This document shows, piece by piece, positions 60,370-64,000 of a stretch of DNA of 64,000 nucleotides. The position numbers and the translations under genes are program-made. Source of the DNA: an uncultured Pelagibacteraceae bacterium (GTDB lineage: Bacteria > Pseudomonadota > Alphaproteobacteria > Pelagibacterales > Pelagibacteraceae); contig CACDFC010000001.1 of NCBI GenBank assembly GCA_902552035.1, forward strand, positions 26,064-90,063, read 5' to 3'. How positions within the stretch are numbered: position 1 is the stretch's first letter; each line of letters starts with the position of its first letter. The notes under the pieces were generated by a model. The model had not been told where the DNA came from. It saw only the letters and a program-made list of their open reading frames with translations, and did not search any database.

Positions 60370-61377
60370 ATGAAAATTTTAATAGCGACAGATGCATATT
60401 TTCCACAAGTAAATGGTGTCGTAAGAACCTTACATGAAACAGGCAATGTATTAAAAGAACAAGGTCATATTATAGAATATATTACACCACATTTATTTTT
60501 AACTTTTCCGATGCCGAAATATAACGAAATTAGGTTGTCTATAAATGTATGGCCAAGAGTTGGTAGTTTAATAAAGAAAATAAAACCTGATGCAATACAT
60601 ATTGCTACCGAAGGTCCTATAGGGACGATGGCAAGAAGATATTGTTTAAAAAATAATCTAAAGTTTACTACGAGTTTCCATACAAGATTTGATAAATATC
60701 TAAAACTTTACTTTCCTATTATACCAGCAAAATGGGCTGAAAAATTCTTAGCAAATTTTCATAACAAGGCCGAGAGAATTTTAGTAACAACAGAATCCAT
60801 GAGAAAAGAATTAATCGATATAGGTATAGATAATAATAAAATGATTACTTGGACCAGAGGGGGAAATCACGGAGCCTTTAAGAAACCTAAAAAAATTGAA
60901 TTACATCACAAAAGACCAATTTGGATTTATGTTGGAAGAGTAGCAGTTGAAAAAAACATAAGAGCTTTCTTAGAATGTGATTTAGAAGGTACAAAAATAA
61001 TAATAGGAAAAGGACCCGATTTAAAAAAATTAAAAGAAGAATTCCCTAAAGATATTTTTTTAGGAGAAAAAACAAATGGTGCACTTGCATCATATTTTGC
61101 ATCTTCTGATGTTTTTGTATTCCCTAGTAAAACAGATACATTTGGAATTGTAGTTACTGAGGCTTTAAATTGTGGTACTCCTGTTGCTGCGTATCCTGTT
61201 CCAGGTCCTAAAGATATATTTGAAGGATCCAAAATAAATTGTTTAGATAATGATCTTAAAGTTTCAGCCCATAAAGCTTTGAAAGTTGATCGAAATGATT
61301 GTCTTGAATTTGCAAAAAAATTTACTTGGGAAGAAACAGCAAAAATATTTTTTGATAATATTTCACCAAATCATTAG
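60370..61377 (+). CDS. agt: GT4 glycolipid synthase (Agt-like; glucosyl/glucuronosyl-DAG)
   Basis: TDAYFPQVNGVVRTL, HIATEGPIG, VGRVAVEKNI and FPSKTDTFG motifs; 3 nt after plcP. Confidence 0.82.
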   Translation: MKILIATDAYFPQVNGVVRTLHETGNVLKEQGHIIEYITPHLFLTFPMPKYNEIRLSINVWPRVGSLIKKIKPDAIHIATEGPIGTMARRYCLKNNLKFTTSFHTRFDKYLKLYFPIIPAKWAEKFLANFHNKAERILVTTESMRKELIDIGIDNNKMITWTRGGNHGAFKKPKKIELHHKRPIWIYVGRVAVEKNIRAFLECDLEGTKIIIGKGPDLKKLKEEFPKDIFLGEKTNGALASYFASSDVFVFPSKTDTFGIVVTEALNCGTPVAAYPVPGPKDIFEGSKINCLDNDLKVSAHKALKVDRNDCLEFAKKFTWEETAKIFFDNISPNH

Positions 61378-61441
61378 TAAACTTTTATTAATTTATTTGC
61401 ATTAAAAAGAGTAATGATGCAAAATTAACTTATCTAAATTT

Positions 61442-62587
61442 ATGGAATATTTCGTCATTCTACTTATAGTTGTTATAATTTATCTTCTCTATTTACTTAA
61501 TCAAAAAAAAAATAAATCAATAAATACCGCCACAATAATTAATAAAAGAGAAGAAAAAACCAAAAGAGTAATTATTGATGAGCTTGAAGATCAGTTTTTT
61601 GCATTAAATAAATTTAACATAATTAAATATGCTAATCCAAGTGCATTGAAAAGATTTGGAAGTAGTTTAATTGATAAAAACATATCCTCTGTAATTCGAA
61701 AGCCAGAATTAATAGAAAATATTGAAAAAGCTATAGTTGAAAATAAAACAAAAAATATTGATATTGAAATAGACTTGCCATCATATCAATTTTATAAAAT
61801 TTATATTATTCCTGGTCCAACTCATTTGTTTACCGAACCAGATTCTGTTGTGTTATTTTTAAAAGACTTTACTGAAATTACAAAAGCACAAAAATTTAAA
61901 ACTGATTTTGTCGCCAATGTAAGCCATGAATTAAGAACACCCTTGATGGCTATCAAAGGATCTTTAGAAACTATTGAAGGTCCAGCGGCAGAAGACGATA
62001 AAGCAAAAAAAAAATTTATGAAAATAATGACTGATCAATCAAATAGAATGGAAAATTTAATTAATGATCTTTTAATACTCACAAGAATTGAATTAGAAGA
62101 ACACATAAGGCCAAACTCTTTAGTTAATATAAATGATCTTTTCAAAACAATCATCAGTAATTTTGAGATTGTTTTAAAAAAAAAGAAATTAAATATTAAT
62201 TTATCTCTCACAAATCCAACAGTTGTTATTGGAGATGAAAAAAAATTACAAACTGTTTTTTCTAATCTTTTAGATAATTCAATTAAGTATTCAAAGGAAA
62301 ATAAGTCTATTTTTATATCAAGTGAAATTAGTGATGGTAAATTGTTAGAAAAAAATTTTATGATCAGTGTTAAAGACGAAGGTGTTGGCATTCCTCAAAG
62401 ATATATTTCTAGAATTACAGAAAGATTTTTTAGAGTAGATCTTGAACAAAGTAATAAGGTTGGTGGAACTGGTTTAGGATTAGCTATTGTTAAACATATA
62501 GTTACTCAACATCGTGGACACTATGAGATTCTAAGTGAGGAAAACCAAGGAACTGAAATTCAAATTTATTTACCAGCGAAAACTTAA
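61442..62587 (+). CDS. phoR: Phosphate regulon sensor kinase PhoR
   Basis: One N-terminal TM, PAS-like region, DFVANVSHELRTPL, RITERFFRVD, GGTGLGLAIVKH; upstream of pstS. Confidence 0.93.
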   Translation: MEYFVILLIVVIIYLLYLLNQKKNKSINTATIINKREEKTKRVIIDELEDQFFALNKFNIIKYANPSALKRFGSSLIDKNISSVIRKPELIENIEKAIVENKTKNIDIEIDLPSYQFYKIYIIPGPTHLFTEPDSVVLFLKDFTEITKAQKFKTDFVANVSHELRTPLMAIKGSLETIEGPAAEDDKAKKKFMKIMTDQSNRMENLINDLLILTRIELEEHIRPNSLVNINDLFKTIISNFEIVLKKKKLNINLSLTNPTVVIGDEKKLQTVFSNLLDNSIKYSKENKSIFISSEISDGKLLEKNFMISVKDEGVGIPQRYISRITERFFRVDLEQSNKVGGTGLGLAIVKHIVTQHRGHYEILSEENQGTEIQIYLPAKT

Positions 62588-62677
62588 ACTTAAAAAGTAT
62601 TATACTGTAATAGTTTTAGAAGGTTTTTTTAACAATTCTCTACTTGATTAATGTTAATCTTTTAATTAATTTTTTAT

Positions 62678-63286
62678 ATGGTTAAAATATTCAAAAATAT
62701 TTTGATTTTTGCTTTTTTGTTAAGTTCTATAACAACAAGTGTTTTTTCTAAAGATATCACAACATTATTAAGAAATCAGCAACTTACAGTTTTTGATATT
62801 GGAATTTTTAGATTAGAAGCAGATTTAAAAACCTCATATCCTTCTATAAAAGATCATTTAGAAGTTACTGAAGCTGAATTTTATACAGACGTAGTTACCT
62901 CGTATTCTAAAAATTCAATTGATTTAATTGTTTCTGTTCCTATGAATGAAAATCTCAAGAAGGAAAATTATTTTTCAGATTCTTTTAGATGTAAGAATAT
63001 TTTTAATTCTGTAAGAGATTTTTTATTGAGGAATGAAAATTTGAGTAATTACAGATATACTATGGCTACAAGTTATTTAACCTCTATATTTTCAACCCCA
63101 AGTTCATGGCCAAGCTGGAGATATGATGAAGAAATTAGAGAAGAATTAGTAAACTTAGTAAAACTAGAAATAACTTTACGTCCAAGCATTGAACTAGCTC
63201 TTAATGAACAAGTAAACCCTGTTTCATGTATTGGTGGCCTAGAAACTGATATTGATCAGATAATTATATCAAAAAAATACAACTAA
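62678..63286 (+). CDS. Hypothetical secreted protein
   Basis: 202-aa ORF filling the phoR-pstS gap; signal-peptide-like N-terminus; two Cys; no family recognised. Confidence 0.8.
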   Translation: MVKIFKNILIFAFLLSSITTSVFSKDITTLLRNQQLTVFDIGIFRLEADLKTSYPSIKDHLEVTEAEFYTDVVTSYSKNSIDLIVSVPMNENLKKENYFSDSFRCKNIFNSVRDFLLRNENLSNYRYTMATSYLTSIFSTPSSWPSWRYDEEIREELVNLVKLEITLRPSIELALNEQVNPVSCIGGLETDIDQIIISKKYN

Positions 63287-63296
63287 AAAGTTACCT

Positions 63297-63325
63297 TTTT
63301 AACAAAAGTGTAACAATTCTGTAAT
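63297..63325 (+). promoter_or_regulatory. Pho box upstream of pstS
   Basis: Three half-sites in 11-bp phase: TTTTAAC-aaaa-GTGTAAC-aatt-CTGTAAT; a lone CTGTCAT also lies at 63354-63360. Confidence 0.78.
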
Positions 63326-63395
63326 ATTAAAGATTCAATAAATTTATACGAGTCTGTCATCTTTTAATTAATAAATAACGAAAGGATTAAAGATA

Positions 63396-64000
63396 ATGAA
63401 AAAACTAACTATGATAATTGCTTCTTTAGTTGCACTTTCAATTGCAACTGTTGCTCAAGCAAGAGATCAAATTAAGATAGTTGGTTCTTCTACGGTATTC
63501 CCTTATGCAACAGTTGTTGCTGAAAGATTTGGTGGTACAGGTTTTAAAACTCCTGTAATCGAGTCTACTGGTACTGGTGGTGGAGCTAAACTATTCTGTG
63601 CTGGTGTAGGTGAACAACATCCAGATATTACAAACGCATCAAGAGCTATGAAAGATAAAGAAAAAGCTCTATGTAAGAAAAATGGTGTAAATGAAATCGT
63701 TGAGATCGTAATTGGTAACGATGGTATTACATTAGCTTACAGCAAAGATGCAAAACCAGTAAACTTTACTAAAGAACATTTGTATTTAGCACTAGCTGCT
63801 CATACAGTTGTTGATGGTAAATTAGTTCCAAATATTTATAAAACTTGGGACCAAATTGACTCTAGTTTACCAAAACAAAAAATTTCAGTGATGATCCCAC
63901 CAGGAACATCAGGAACTAGAGATGCTTGGAATTCTTTAGTAATGAAAAAAGGTATGACTAAAGAAGCTAAAGCTCTTTATAAAGCTGGTTTTGAAGCTGG
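63396..64000 (+). CDS. pstS: Phosphate ABC transporter substrate-binding protein PstS (3'-truncated by window edge; absent from the ORF track)
   Basis: Hand translation: MKKLTMIIASLVALSIATVAQA-RDQIKIVGSSTVFPYA...ESTGTGGG...PDITNASR...PPGTSGTRD; AAGGA upstream. Confidence 0.95.
   Translation, partial: MKKLTMIIASLVALSIATVAQARDQIKIVGSSTVFPYATVVAERFGGTGFKTPVIESTGTGGGAKLFCAGVGEQHPDITNASRAMKDKEKALCKKNGVNEIVEIVIGNDGITLAYSKDAKPVNFTKEHLYLALAAHTVVDGKLVPNIYKTWDQIDSSLPKQKISVMIPPGTSGTRDAWNSLVMKKGMTKEAKALYKAGFEA

Noticed and set aside
61396-61432. Imperfect inverted repeat TTTGCATTA...TGATGCAAA and a TTAACTTA octamer before phoR (the octamer also occurs before aapJ and the XRE gene)
   Set aside because: Weak stem with no U-tract; the octamer is A/T-rich and probably just a -10-like element, so it cannot be supported without statistics.
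1-64000. CRISPR arrays, IS elements, rRNA genes, restriction or defence systems
   Set aside because: No spaced direct repeats, transposase, integrase, nuclease or methylase ORFs, or long GC-rich RNA genes were seen; intergenic spaces are too small to hide them.

Overview
Very AT-rich, gene-dense window, most consistent with a streamlined marine alphaproteobacterium of the SAR11/Pelagibacterales type. This assignment is inferred from gene order, tiny or overlapping intergenic spaces and Lys/Asn/Ile-rich proteins, not from a database search. Most of it is core genome: end of nuoN-birA-coaX-rnj, proS-lolCD-dnaE, the rpsB-tsf-frr-uppS-cdsA-dxr-bamA-skp-fabZ-lpxDAI-lpxB superoperon, gltX-lexA-trpCDGE-ppiD, tpiA-secG-pyrG-kdsA-eno-ftsB-lipA, ispDF, ntrYX-trkAH, an aapJQMP amino-acid ABC transporter, three tRNAs (Arg-UCU, Asn-GUU, Cys-GCA) and valS-ilvD-manC. 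Accessory parts are a two-gene glycan islet behind tRNA-Arg and, at the right end, a phosphate-starvation block: DAG-kinase-like gene / plcP / agt / phoR / unknown secreted protein / pstS (pstS is cut by the window edge and missing from the ORF track), with recognisable Pho boxes. I see no prophage, IS element, CRISPR array or defence system. The best candidates for undescribed biology are an SMR-family membrane protein lacking the essential Glu14 beside the lipid-remodelling genes, the unknown secreted protein between phoR and pstS, the absence of pyrH from its conserved position, and several domain-trimmed proteins (PAS-less NtrY, ManC without its beta-helix segment, TrkH with a degenerate fourth filter motif). 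All functional calls rest on motifs read by eye; no searches were run.
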